Shown one piece after another: positions 15,700 to 28,932 of a stretch of DNA of 64,000 nt. Each line of letters starts with the position of its first letter. Positions within the stretch are counted from its first letter, which is position 1. The stretch comes from the human T2T-CHM13v2.0 reference genome, Homo sapiens, in NCBI RefSeq assembly GCF_009914755.1, contig NC_060926.1; one strand, given 5' to 3'. Position numbers and translations under genes: made by a program. Below the pieces are notes generated by a model that saw nothing but the letters and a program-made list of their open reading frames with translations, was not told the origin of the DNA and ran no database searches.

Positions 15700-16900
15700 T
15701 TCGGGGTGGTTTCCATGCACTCACAAGGATAACACCGGCAGCTGAATAGAAAACTCTAAGAACCAGGAGGCTCATACACTGTACTGATACCGATTCTCCT
15801 TTTTTTACCCCAGAAGCCACGCCCAGCCTTCAAGCATCTGTCCGTACATCATTACACAGCGCCTTCCCTTCCCCCTTAGCAGATAGAAGGTTATAAAGAG
15901 GTGGTGCCAAGAGGGACAAAAGATTCTCATAATTGTATTTTCCAGCAATTTTTTTCTTTTAATTCTGTGCTCTTCAAAAACTACAGGAGTGACTGCATGT
16001 AAATAGACCTCTCTGATGGATGGCTGATTGCCATTGACTCTTTGCAAATTTAATCCATTAAGTGCCTCCTATAGAAAGAGAATACAATGCCCTACAATGC
16101 AGAGGGTCAACCTTAGAAAATAAAACACAACCTGAATGGGGCAGCGCAAGAAGAGAAATCCACACAGCCTCTGATGGTAAAAAGCTCTTTGTTGTTTACT
16201 TATTTTATTATTTCAGAAGGAAAGCTAAATCAGGAGTCTGATGCTTGTGCTAATCTTTTTCTTTCCTTTTTTCCCCTCCCTCAGGAAGGAAGCCATTCAG
16301 GCAACAATCAGGCTCTTATCTTGGGCTTCTTATCATTAACCAGAGGAGCCTGTGCTGGAAATGAAATTCAGAGGCACGGCCAGGAAAGGCTGTTTCCCTA
16401 ATTGAGCGGCTGCCTTTTGAAATCTTGTCTCCCCAGCGGAGCCTGGAGCTGGCTAGGTCTCCCTGGCCAAGATCACTCATTGTGTAATCTCTCACACACC
16501 AGGAGCAGATGCTCCTCGACTGGAGCTTTTATGAAAGGCCTTTAATAAGGCTTCTCAACCTGCCACACGTTGGGCAGCCAGAGGGAGGGGCAGTTTTCAG
16601 AAAAGCCTCTGATCAAGGAGTTCAAGACTCTAGACGCGTTTGGGCTTTGCCGTCAGATGTACTTCAGTCAAGATTCTGCAGTTTGGGGGAATTCTCAGCA
16701 CCCTGAGGGGACTTCCCATTTCATCCCCTCCCTTGCTTTCCCCTGCCTTGCCTTCACAGGGTTGTGGTCAAGTTTAAATGGCATTGTGTATAGAAAGGAC
16801 TTGACGCAGATTAAGGGTGTAGTAAATAATATTACAATAAATGTATTCTGTTGACTTACTGGGGTCCTATCATTCTCCATCATCCATTGCTGGTCTCTAT
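15700..16900. promoter_or_regulatory. Apparently repeat-free candidate enhancer region
   Basis: No repeat recognised; homeodomain motifs (TAATCCATTA 16051-16060, TTAAGTG, CTAATTG, TTTATGA) and a GATA site. Confidence 0.3.
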
Positions 16901-17133
16901 CCCTTGGCTAACATTCTCCCTGCTTCCCTGGTGAATCTGATACTCAATCTTGGCTCTACGAGTGCTCAGTTTTAAGAACAAGGACTCTGAGCCCTGGGTA
17001 TGGAAATTGCCTTTCTTTGCCTGGGCAGATAGACCCTGGGTAGGGAAGAAGGTAGGATTTGGGTATTTCAGGAAATTACCAATGCCTGGCACTCCCAGAC
17101 TGACATCTCAGGGAGAAATGAGGCACACCAACA

Positions 17134-17586
17134 TGGCCTTACATGATAGAGGCCCCCACCACCTCTCAAAATCTATCTCCCACCCTTTTCCTACTGGCTT
17201 ACTACTCTCCAATCACATTGTCCTATTTGCTCTTCTCTAGACCCTCTGTGAATGTTCCTGCCTCAAGGCCTTCGCCTGTGCTGTTTCCCCTGCCTGGAAA
17301 GTCCTTTCTCCATACTCTCACCTGGCTGGCTGCTTGTTCTCATACAGTCTCTGCTCTCATATCAGCAAAGCCTTCCTTGGACACTATCTAAAGTAGCCCT
17401 CTTCTTCCATGTAATCTCAGTCACCCTGCTTTACATTCTACAGAGCACCTATTACTATCCAAAATTATGCTACTTATTAATTTGCTTGTGTGTAGAATAA
17501 TTAGGGCAAAGTCTCTGTCTTGTTCTTTGCTAATGCCCAGTACAGTGCCTGAAACATAATACACATTCAATAAATATTGTTTGGAT
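17134..17586 (+). mobile_element. L2 3' end
   Basis: CCTGCCTCAAGGCCTT...ACAGTGCCTGAAACATAA...CAATAAATATT. Confidence 0.7.
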
Positions 17587-17987
17587 ATTTAAAGAAAATG
17601 ACAGAACAACCACCAAAAAACATGTAAGCAATATGAGCAATTAGATAACAATACAAGGACTAGGGAGGCTTGGGGAAAATGATGGGTTTGTGCTGATAAG
17701 AAGAATCAAAAGGGTAATCCGGAAATAAAAGATGTCAAAGGAAAGACATGTAGACTAGAATGACTAAGGCAAGTTTAGGTGACAGTATGAAGATTGACCT
17801 GGCTAGAGCACAACTGCTCTTTTGAAAAAGAAAAAAAGATTCAGGGACGGTGATAGTGGTTGTTGTTGTTGTGGTGAACTCAGGACTGCCATGTGTATAT
17901 GTTGTGTGTTGTTGCTTCTTGCTACACAAAAAGGATAACATAGAAAGTGGTGTCATTTACATTGGAAAGTCTTCAGCCATTGTTTCT

Positions 17988-18284
17988 TTTTCTTTCTTTT
18001 TATTGAAACAGGATCTCACTCTGTCACCCAGGCTGGAATGCAGTGTTAATCATAGCTCACTGCAGCCTCTAACTCCTGGGATCAAACAGTCCTCCTGTCT
18101 CAGCCTCCTGAGTAGCTGGGACTACAGTCATGTACCTCCATGCCTGGCTAATTTGGGTATGTTTTGTAGAGATGGGACCTTGCTATGTTGCCCAGGCTGA
18201 TCTTGAACTCATTGCCTCAAGTGATCCTCCCACCTCAACCTCCTAAAGTGTTGAGATTACAAGCATGAACCACTGTGCCCAGGC
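17988..18284 (-). mobile_element. Alu (AluJ-like)
   Basis: Diverged antisense dimer; TSD CATTGTTTCTT / CATTATTTCTT. Confidence 0.9.
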
Positions 18285-19854
18285 TCATTATTTCTTAGAA
18301 TATAATTTTCTGTTCTTGTCTCTTTCTTCTTTTTCTGGCACACCCATTATACATATGTTGGTGTTCTGTTCATTTCTCTTTATTCAATCTCTGTTCTTCA
18401 TATTACACAGTCTCTATCCATCTAGTGTGATGATTATTTCTTCTACTAGCTCAAATCTACTGCTAACCCTCTCTCGTCAATATTTTGTTTTAGTTATTGT
18501 ACTTTTCAACTCCAGAATTTTCATTTAGTTCTTTTTTTATAATTTCTATCTCTTTATTGATATTCTCGATTTGATGAGACATTGTCATCATACCTTCCTT
18601 CACTTCTTTAAGCATGGCTTCCTTTAGTTCTTTGAACGTCTTTATAATAGTTGCTTTGAAGTCTTCATCTGTTAAGTCCAACATCTGGGCTCTATCACAG
18701 GCAGTTCCTGTTGCCTGCTTTTTTTTTTCCTTTGTATGAGTCACTCTTTCCTCTTTCTTTGTCTATCATGTAATTTTTTGCTGAAAATTATTTTAGGTAA
18801 TATACTGTAACAATTCTGGGCATTGATTCCCCTTACTCATCTTTGGAGCTTGCTTTTGTTGTTTGCTTGTTTGTTTTATGACTTGGCTAGACTGTTTTAG
18901 TGTAGTCTATTTCCCCCAGAGTGTGAAGCCTTTGGTGATGTTCCTCAGATGGCGCAGGCTTGGATGTATACACAATCACCTTGGGATGACAGTGGTTCTA
19001 GCAGGACTCTCTTTGTCTCTTTTCCTGATCTTTCTGTTAACCTGTCTACCTCAATTGGTATCACACTCAACTGTTAGGTTACATTAATTACTGGCTGACT
19101 GTGCTATTGTTTTATGACAATCTTTTGGAGCATAAATTGCTCAGCAGTCTGATTCAATTAAATTCAGGCCCTTTGGCAGGGATAGTTTTAAGTTTTTTTA
19201 AATAATCCCAAGAAGGCTCTCTTTAGCTGTCTCTTTCCTTGGTGAGCTAGGTGGTCTATTGTTTAGCTTGTTGCTCTATATTGAAAAGAGCTATTGTTTT
19301 CAAGAGCACCCTAAGCCTTGAACTTGCCTATATTTTGTTTCATTTAAAGTCCAGTTCTTTGGGAAGAGCTATAGGGCCCCATTTTCTTATGGACTTCCTC
19401 TTTCCCTGGTCAAAATCTCTAAGCAAATATTCTGGGTGCTGGGTGGGGCAACAGCCTCTGATCTTCCTGGCTTGCATGTTCCAGGATAGAACACCCATAT
19501 TCCCTATGAGTGAGCTGAATTGAGAGTAATCAGGTCTCAGTATTCCTGGCCTTCCATGCTTGAGATAGAGCCTCTGTCCTGTGAGTGAGTGACAGAAAAC
19601 AGTCCCCAGTGTCTCAACTGCACTCATCAGGAATTTAGTTTCTTTAATCCAGGGTAAGAAGAGATAAGAAATGCTGGTGGCCTTTCTCTCCTGGTGAGAT
19701 ATGGCAGCCCTGATGGGGAGCTGAGGGGAGAGGGAGCTCCATCTTCTTGGCCACACCTTCCAGAGGAAAGCTTTCATCAACTGAGCTACAAGAGGAAAGA
19801 TGGGGAGAAGGAGTATAATGCTGGTTGTGAGAGGGAGTTGGCTATGCTTCAAAT

Positions 19855-20556
19855 TGAGGGAAAAGAGAGAAAGGAACAAGTTAGGCAGATACCTAGGACA
19901 AGTCCATGGTAGAATTCCATTTTTTCTGATGAAAGAACAGCCTGAAAGATCAGGCTGCAAGCATAGATAAGGAGGCAAGGTCTACCATAAAGATGCCTTC
20001 TGTGTAACCAGCAAGGGTCATGTATACATGGTAGGCTTCAGTGAGTACATTCCTTTCCTTTTTTGGATATACTTAGATAAGGGAGTTTGCACAGGGGTGC
20101 AGGGAGGTTTGCTTGAAACATGACTAAGAGGAGTAACACAGAACCAGGCACATCTGCAATTGAGAATTCTACCCCCTTACACATGCACAGTAGTGGAGTG
20201 ACCTAAGCTAAGAGTCTACATATGCACTAAAAGGACAGGGAGGAGCTTTCAGGAATTTGCGCCTGATGTAAATGAAACACTAGTCCTAACTGGTTTTTTG
20301 CACCTTATGTAAATGAAATATCTTGCCCTACAATCCTGTTTATAAAAGCCCTTGTATTTGACTGTAGAACAGTAATCCTCGTTTTGGTCCCCTCTTCGCT
20401 GCGGAGAGTTTTCTCCTTTTGCCTTGTTAAACTTTAGCTCCAACCTCACCCTTGCGTCCTCACTCCTTAATTTTCTTGGTCATGAGACAAAGAACTCTGG
20501 GTCCTACTTCAAACAACAAAACTGAAACATTGTGGGGCATTGGCAGAGCTACTACA
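19855..20556 (+). mobile_element. ERV1 solo LTR (MER83-like, family tentative)
   Basis: TGAGGG...CTACTACA, TSD AAAT both sides, TATAAAA box near 20341. Confidence 0.75.
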
Positions 20557-20748
20557 AAATGTCATAGAATCTCTATGTTCTTGAAATTAAATTTTAGTAG
20601 GTTTTCCTAAATATTTCTTCATTTGCTATAGCTTATAGGACAACTTCCAGAGATTTTAAATGTTGTCGTTTTTAAATAGTTTCCTCCAATTTTGCTTGTT
20701 TCTTTGGGGAGTGAGTCTATGGCACTCCTCATGCTGCCATACTGAAGT

Positions 20749-20954
20749 CATGGGCCACATTCACATTGTAGGCATAGCAGATTTGTATGTTGATAATTGT
20801 AAATGCTTTATGGTAGATGGCCTTGAGATGGCTTATTCTAACAAACACTGTATATTCCAATAATTTTCCATCAAATGGAAGTCAAGTATCTTGAGGAAAG
20901 CTGTGCCTTTTTCTAATTTGCACAAAACCTCCCTTGGGTCAAGTCTTGGCCCTG
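20749..20954 (+). mobile_element. MER91B-like hAT fragment
   Basis: ATTCACATTGTAG...AAGTATCTTGAGGAAAG...CTAATTTGCACAAA...GGCCCTG. Confidence 0.45.
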
Positions 20955-21026
20955 GTGGTGAAGGTTAGGGGGATGGGAATGTAACACTGGTTAGAGGTGG
21001 CGGTAGGCATGGCCATAAGTCAGTGG

Positions 21027-21668
21027 TAGGGCTGCTATGTTTGGTTGTGCAGTTGTGAAACTATAGGGTCATCATAGATTTATATTTATTATTACAATTA
21101 TGCTGAATGTTTCCTGTTTACTCCTCCTGATCCACTTCTACACTTCTCTACCCTTCTTTGTTTCTCAAGAACTTGCCCTGTATGAACTGTCTCCATGGGC
21201 TATCTTGCTCTCTGACTTCTGGTTGGATTCAGAGAAGATGAGAGGGCAAAAGAAATTTGAGGTGGGAGTATTTCTCCCCCTAATTCTCTCTTTGCTGGGT
21301 CACCATGGTTTGGCCACATGCCTCTACTTAATGTCATAGTTCTCATCAAACAGCCCTTTTCTTACAGTTACCTTTCTCTGGATTGTGGTGACTGTGCCCT
21401 GCCCTTGAATCTTCATGCCTAGTGGGTGATAATGGTTTCCAACTGTTACAAGTCCTGAGGTACTATACCCCCATTATTTCTTTCTCTAAATCCTGCCCAT
21501 AGCTTTGTAAGTAGTTCTTTTATTAAACTGTCCTTAAATTACCCAACTTAACATCATCTGTTTCCTGATGAGACCCTGGCTGATAGCAACAACTCTGCTG
21601 CAGATGGCAGTCAAATATCTTGAGGACAAGGTGCCTTTTTCTGCCTTGCACTTGAACTAGCCATCCTG
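21027..21668 (+). mobile_element. MER91B-like element split by an LTR33-like ERVL LTR (about 21100-21586)
   Basis: AGGGCTGCTATG...TTGTGCAG start; internal LTR ends CATCTGTTTCCTGATGAGACCCTGGCTGATA; MER91-like sequence resumes at CAGATGGCAG. Confidence 0.5.
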
Positions 21669-22119
21669 GGAGTGGTGGAGGGAGGTTGTAGAATAGTGGT
21701 GGTGATGGTTGGGGATGGTAGAGCTAATAAAATGGTTTTGAATGCCAGAATAAGACTAAGATGTACAATAGGCAAGACAGAGTGATGCACATGTGGACAA
21801 CACTCTTTGAGAAAGATTACTCTGGCAGCTTTGTGAAAAACAGACTGGGTTAAGGATGGCTTACGAAAAAAAGGCCAACTGGGAAACTGCTGCTGTATCC
21901 TTAGAACAAAGAGTAAGGGCCTAAACTAGCAAAGGAGCCCTGGGAGAGAAAGGAAGTATTGGAAAGACTCAGTACAAGGAAGAAGCATAACTTCCTGGCA
22001 GCTTATTTTGGGAATAGCAGGAAAGGCAAAGAACAAGAATAACACATTATGATAGTACATGTTGCCAAACTAGAGAGTGGAGGAAGATGATAGAAATACT
22101 AGTAATGAGGATAATTAAT

Positions 22120-22880
22120 TGCAGCTTATATTTATCAAATGTTTCCTGAATTATGACATCAGAGTTCTAAGAGCTTCACAAATATTAACTCACTTAATCT
22201 TCCCTTTGATTTTGTGACGTAGATCTCAACATTTTACCAATGAGGAAACAGGCACAAAAAGCTCCAGTTACTTACCTAGAGTCACCTGTGATGTAAGTTA
22301 GTGAGTAATTGAGCTGAGGTTCACTCCCCAGAGCCTGAACCCTTCTGCCTCTCAAGATATAAAAGATATGGCTCAAGGGCCAGGGAACAGTTGTCCCCAG
22401 ATCAACTTTCCAAATTTATCTTTACCCCAGGTGCCCACCACTATGATCATAATTAACTTCTTGCTATTTCCACACTTACTACATCCTTTTCCTTCTCTTA
22501 CTGAAATAGCCTCAGCTTGCTTGCCCACCTCATAGTAATAATAATAGCCAGCATTTATTGAGCATTAATTATGGGCTGTCACAGTTTTATGTGCTTGATG
22601 TGTATGCACTAATTAATCTTCATGACAACATTATAAGATGGGTATTACTAGTAGTAATAGTAGTATTCTCATCCATTAGAAGGCAAGCTATAGGGAAAAG
22701 GAATATTTATCTGTTTTATTCACCATAATGCTGTGTGGTATATTGTAATGGTCAGCAAAGATTTTTCAAATGAATGAACTTTACAGATGCGGAAACTGAG
22801 GCACAGTTGGCCTAAAATGACACAATTAGTAAAGAGTAGGGCCCTGCTTGGGCCAGACTCTGGCTTCATAGCCTGTGTAG
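22120..22880 (-). mobile_element. MIR fragments
   Basis: MIR core motifs AATGAGGAAACAGGCACA and TTTACAGATGCGGAAACTGAGGCACAG. Confidence 0.6.
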
Positions 22881-24885
22881 TATCACTAACTCATACCAAC
22901 TCAGCCCTTAACACCAGCACAAATGTCACCTCTCCTGGGAAATTGGAAGGAAAATGGATACTCTGAGAAAACCTTCCCACTCCTCTCCATTTCCTTTGGG
23001 ATGTCTTGGATGAAGACATCTTTAATATCTTGCTGTGTCTTTAAATCCCATACAGCACCCTTGTGGTTTTCCTCACTTCTCTTTGGCCCTCACTCTCATT
23101 CTTTTTGGTGCTTCGATCCTCTCAGGCACTAATTTTGGATTCCCAGGATCATGCTCCCACCCTCAGCCTTGCCCTTTATCTCCCTTGGCCAAATTTTAGT
23201 AATAACGCTGTCCATGCAGCCACTTCCCTCCATTCCCCGGGGCCCATTGTGCTTGCTCTGCAGAAGATACCACTTGGGTTTCCATTTCTATCCAATCCCC
23301 AAAGCTCTTTTTATAGTCTGCAAATTGTGTTGCTTCTTCTCAGGCTTTGAAATTAGGGAGTGTAGGCTGACCTGGTTCTAGTACTTTGAAAGTAGGGCTG
23401 GCACCACCTCCTTGATTTATCATGTGGTAGCAACAGGGAGGGGACCATCAGTGAATACTTATTAGACATCTAGTAGTACAGCAAGGAGCTAAGGTGAGCA
23501 TACCTGTGGGGGTGAAGGACTGCCCTTAGAGGTTTGCTGATATTGCAAAGCCTTGTTGCTTTGAACCCATACCTTAACATTTAGCAAAGGGAAAATGCCA
23601 AAAGGACAAGTAGCCTCAGCAGACTTCCCAGATAAAAGTAGATTGTATCAATGACTGTATTCTGTTCAGCACTGCATTCACTAGACTTAATGGACCATGA
23701 GGAGCTCTGGATCCAACAACTGATAATAATAGCTAAAATCAAAAATCTAGATGTTTCCAGTTGGAGAATTAGGAATTCATTTCTAGAGCCATGAGCTTAT
23801 GAGGAAATACTATGTGATATTTCATAAATCACATATACTATTTTCTCTTTGGGAAGAAACCAGTTCCTAGGAAGCTAGGTATGGAAGGCAAATTGCCTTT
23901 CAAGGTCTCGTGTCAATTCCTGGCTTTAATGGGCTTGTGACTCATAACCACAGAGACTTCAGTCTAGGCCCACGCAGCAGCTTGGAGCTGGGAATGGAGG
24001 TTATTACTGCAGATGACTAAACAGCATCCAGCTGAGGTAGCAGAATCTGGTGCTGCTAATGAGAAAAGATGACTACTGCCTTTTCTTTTCCACATACCAG
24101 AGGTTTTCTCTGGTGGAGTTTCATTTTCTGCATGAAATGGCAGACTCGCCTCCCCAGACATAAAGTTGCCACAGATGTAGAATTATATAATGTTCAAACT
24201 AGAAAGTTCCCTAGAAATCATCTCCTCCATCTTCTCAACTTGTATATAGGGAAACTGAGGCAGAGAGACCAGGTAACACTTGATTTTACATAATTTCCTA
24301 ATTAAGGCCTGGATTGTGTTTCTGAATCCAGCGTTTTTGCCATGGAAGCTACAAGAGTGTCTCCATGGGCCTTCTGGTAGTCTGAAGTAGCGTAATTGGA
24401 GAGGACAGAATATTATTTTGTGATTGACACTGTATTGACACTCCTTTTGAGGTTTGCCACATTCTGATAACCATAGCTACTGGGAAAGACAATGTCTTCA
24501 TGCCATTTTGGATAAAAATAGGTGGTCAAAGACCAGTGAGCTGAGGAGCCTGTGGAGCTGTATAGAGCTTAGGCTTGACTGGTCATGTTGGTCAGAGGGG
24601 CTTCACACATATTTCATGTTTTCAGTCTGCCAAGTACTCTGTGTGGCAGATTGTGCTGTCAAAGTATCTAAGCTGGGGACTGTTTTCCAAAGTCCTTTTT
24701 CTTGCAGGAGTCAGGTTAGAGATGGCCAGAATGGAATTTGCATGAGATTTGAAAGGCAAAAGAGAGGCAGTGGCTGTTCCTTTCTGAAAATCTTTTCAGG
24801 GTCATATGTGGTGACAGACAGACAAAACTTGTCCAAACTCCCCTCTGTGTCCAGTTCTTCCAGACTGCTGGCCCTGCTGAACAAT

Positions 24886-24965
24886 AGCAGCTCCAAGCCC
24901 ACTAGATATTGGGCTGTACCACTAGATATTGTAGGCCAGTATCTAGTGGCAGGCTGGGAGCTGCT
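24886..24965. repeat. Imperfect inverted repeat (hairpin) with an internal direct repeat
   Basis: Arm AGCAGCTCCAAGCCCACTAGATATTGGGCT pairs with AGGCCAGTATCTAGTGGCAGGCTGGGAGCTGCT; CCACTAGATATTG at 24899 and 24919. Confidence 0.85.
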
Positions 24966-27133
24966 GATACAATGATTTGTAACCTCACCATGAATCCCTG
25001 CTTCACTGTCCTACTTTAGTCACGAATGTAACTAACTCCTCTTTGTGACTGGTTCGTGACTCCCTCATTCTCCAACTCATCCTTACACACCTGTACTTGC
25101 TCAGCTCCTCTCACACGTGTGAAAAGTCTAATTCCTTTAAGAAGTCCTTTATCCTGCAGCACCTTAAGTGACCCTGCTCACCTAAGTGACCCCTGATGAT
25201 TCATGCTGGATCTCCAGGAATGGCGAGCCCGGGGCAGTCCAATTCACTTGCCTCTCCCTGCATTTGGCAATTCACACGAAACCGATGTGGCAAAGGAGGA
25301 ACCAGGAAGTGTTCTGTCTATGTGCAGGCAATATGTGTTGTCAGCACTTCCCTGGAAGATTCCTCAGTTGAACAAAGAATGTTTCCGACTCTGACAGCAA
25401 AGGGCAGTCAAGGGGGCTGGGGAAAACCTGAGAGCGGTGTATTCTAGCGGGCCTGCCCACCAGGACAATGCTTCCGTCATCCCAAAGCCTTTCCTAAGCC
25501 TTTGCAATGCCCCTCCACCTGAAGTCCTCTTCCACTCCTCATCTCCCACAAAAGAACTGAGCTGTACCATAAGATTTTTGGTACCTTTCTGTCTAATTGA
25601 TCTGCATAGCTGAAGACTGGCTTCCTTAATATATTTTACAGTTCCTATTTCCAGTCCCTTCTGGGACCAGATAAGTTGTGAAAATCAATCTTGAAAGGAC
25701 TATGATTAACTGAACTTTTTTAACCCCTATAAAATATATGATTTGTAGCTTCTCACATTATTATTTCCCACCCCGCCCCCCACCCCCACATCATTTAAAA
25801 ACATGAACTGACAGTGGTAAAAAGTTAGAATATCATTTGAACGAACTTTCCAATGCCCAAGGCAAAAAAGCCCCCAGATTCGAGCTGAACTCTAAATGGT
25901 TGAGGAAGGATACAACTACATCTGACAGCTGGAACATCACTTTTTTTTTTTTTAAATAAAAATTTCCCTCTTTTCTTCTTTTTGGGCAATGCAAATTTTC
26001 CTTTTAAATTGTGCATTGATTTTTATGTTTTTGAATAGCGAAGTCAGCAGTTCCCAAGAACCCTGATATGATATGCAGGCTGTTAAACAGATGTTACAGC
26101 AAGAAAAAATCTCTGGTCAAATAAAGTGTGGGAAATACTGGCTTTGTTCAAAAAAAGAGTTACAGAGTGGCGCCTTGTCTCAGGAGCTTTGCTAGGCACT
26201 GAACAAAATACAGCTAGTCCCAGTCCACATGAGGCTCACAGTCTACTAGAACACAGCTAAGCAAGCTTCCTTACTGCAAGATTCCTGAGAGTATCTAATA
26301 TACTGATGTGAATTGTGAATACCAAGGGGAAACGCTGTGCCACATTTTCCAAACTGATTTATTTGCCAAGCTTCTTCTCTCTCTTTTCAAGCTTACAAGT
26401 AGGACAAGTTATTCTTAGGGTATCTGTTTATGAAAAGCTGACCTAAATCAAATAAAATCCTGAACCTAACTAATTTATAAGAAAGCATTTCTAAAGAGCA
26501 GCGTTAGAACTCTTGTCTGAGTTGAATCTTACATCATTTTAAAAAATGCAATAAAAGACGCCATTCATTTTACATAAAATGAGCTAAGAGCAGTGACATA
26601 TTTGTTAGAAATCTATGCAATTAGCAATCTATGCAAAGACGGATTTTTATCTTCTTGTAACTAAGTGGGACAAATGCTTAATGTATCTGCTGTAGTGTTG
26701 ACAATTCACAAAGCTGTAAAATAATGAGATAATTCTTGAATTAGGGCTGTGTTTATGCTTTTCTACATTCTAGCATGAAAGGTTGATTAATTACAACTTG
26801 ATAGTATGCAGTACAGGAAAACATCTGAGTTTCTGGATTGTTTTTTGGGAATGATAATCCAAGTGTTTGCCTATGTCTATTCAAGGATTATCATCTCTGG
26901 TAGCTTTGAAAAAAAGGGGAGCTTGTCCCATTTCTACCCCAGGGTCAGTCCAAACCTGCCCACTTCTCTGGTGTCCCCTGCCTTTGCCTCTAACTCATAC
27001 CCCCACTCACCTGAGTCCTGGGACCCCCGTAGATTCTGGTATCTTTCCTTAATAGCATGCAGCTATTATTACCATCCTCAGCAGAGTGGCAATACAGGAA
27101 AGGCTGCCATGTTCAATTTCATTCAGATCCTTA

Positions 27134-27754
<621 letters not shown>

Positions 27755-27946
27755 TCAGATCTTGGATTTCCCACTATGCTCTCTGGGGTAAAAGACACTT
27801 TTTTTATTTTTTAATTTTTCTTAAGGATTAGGGTAACCAAGGATGGAAATGAAATTTAGTTATTACTCTCTTAAAATTTCTTAGTCATTTCTTCATGGAG
27901 AACATCTAATCTCCTCAAAGTCCTGGATTACCTGTGTCGTCATTGT

Positions 27947-28012
27947 CCTCTTCCTCCTCTTCTTTTTCTTCCTCTCTCTCTCTCTCTCTCTTCCTCTCTC
28001 TCTCTGTCCCTC
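27947..28012. repeat. (CT)n/pyrimidine microsatellite
   Basis: CTCTCTCT runs. Confidence 0.85.
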
Positions 28013-28019
28013 TGCCACT

Positions 28020-28892
28020 CTTTCTTTTTAAAGTCAGGCATATTGGAGGATAATTTATATATGGTTAAAATTCACTTTTTAGTGTACAGCAGCTTTATGA
28101 ATTTTGACAAAAGCTCCATTTGTATAACCATCACTGCAATCAAGACATAGAATATTTGTTACCGCTCCTGCTGCCCCCCTCAAATTCCCTTGTGCTCCTT
28201 TCTAGCAGCTCTTATCTTATCCCCAGCCCTTACCTACCCCGATCTGTTTTCCATCCCTAATATTTGCCTTTTTGAGAATTTAATAAAAACATTATTTTTA
28301 ACCCATAAAAAAGGAGTTAACAAGGAATCATGTATTACGTAGTTTTATTTCCTAAGCATAATGAATTTGAGACTCCTGTCATGTTGCACACATTGGTGAT
28401 TTGTTCATTCTTATTGCTGAACAGTATTTTATTGTAGGACTATATCACAGTTGTTTTTTAAAAATCCATGTGCCAGTTGAAAGACATTTGAGCTGTTTTT
28501 TATTTTTGGTATTTATGAATAAAACCACTATAAACATATGTATACTAATTTTCATGTGAATGTAAGTCTTCATTTCTCTTGGATAAATAACTAGGAATGA
28601 AATTGCTGAAATATGAGGTAAGTGTATGTTTAACTTTATAAGAAACTGACAAATGATTTTTAAAGTGGTGGTACCACATTGCATTCCCACCAATCATGTA
28701 TGAAATTTTCAGTTAATCCACATCCTCATCGGTATTTGACATTGCCCAGTTTTTGAAAAGCAATTCTGAAGAATATGTAGTGGGGGCTGGCCATGGTGTC
28801 TCACACTATAATCCCAGCATTTTGGGAGGCTGAGGCAGGAGGATTTCTTGAGGCCAGGAGTTTGAGACCAGCCTGGGAAACATAACAAGAAC

Positions 28893-28932
<40 letters not shown>

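Larger units (their letters stand above)
17960..20748 (-). mobile_element. Old L1M 5'/ORF1 region (interrupted by an Alu and an LTR)
   Basis: Minus ORF 18490-18744 (AQMLDLTDEDFKATIIKTFKELKE...QIENINKEIEIIKK) resembles the L1 ORF1p N-terminal coiled coil. Confidence 0.7.

Noticed and set aside
19340-19978. Longest ORF (212 aa, minus strand)
   Set aside because: It crosses an LTR/L1 junction and shows no recognisable domain; chance ORF
24454-24975. 173-aa ORF
   Set aside because: Non-ATG (TTG) start, random-looking composition, and it runs through the hairpin
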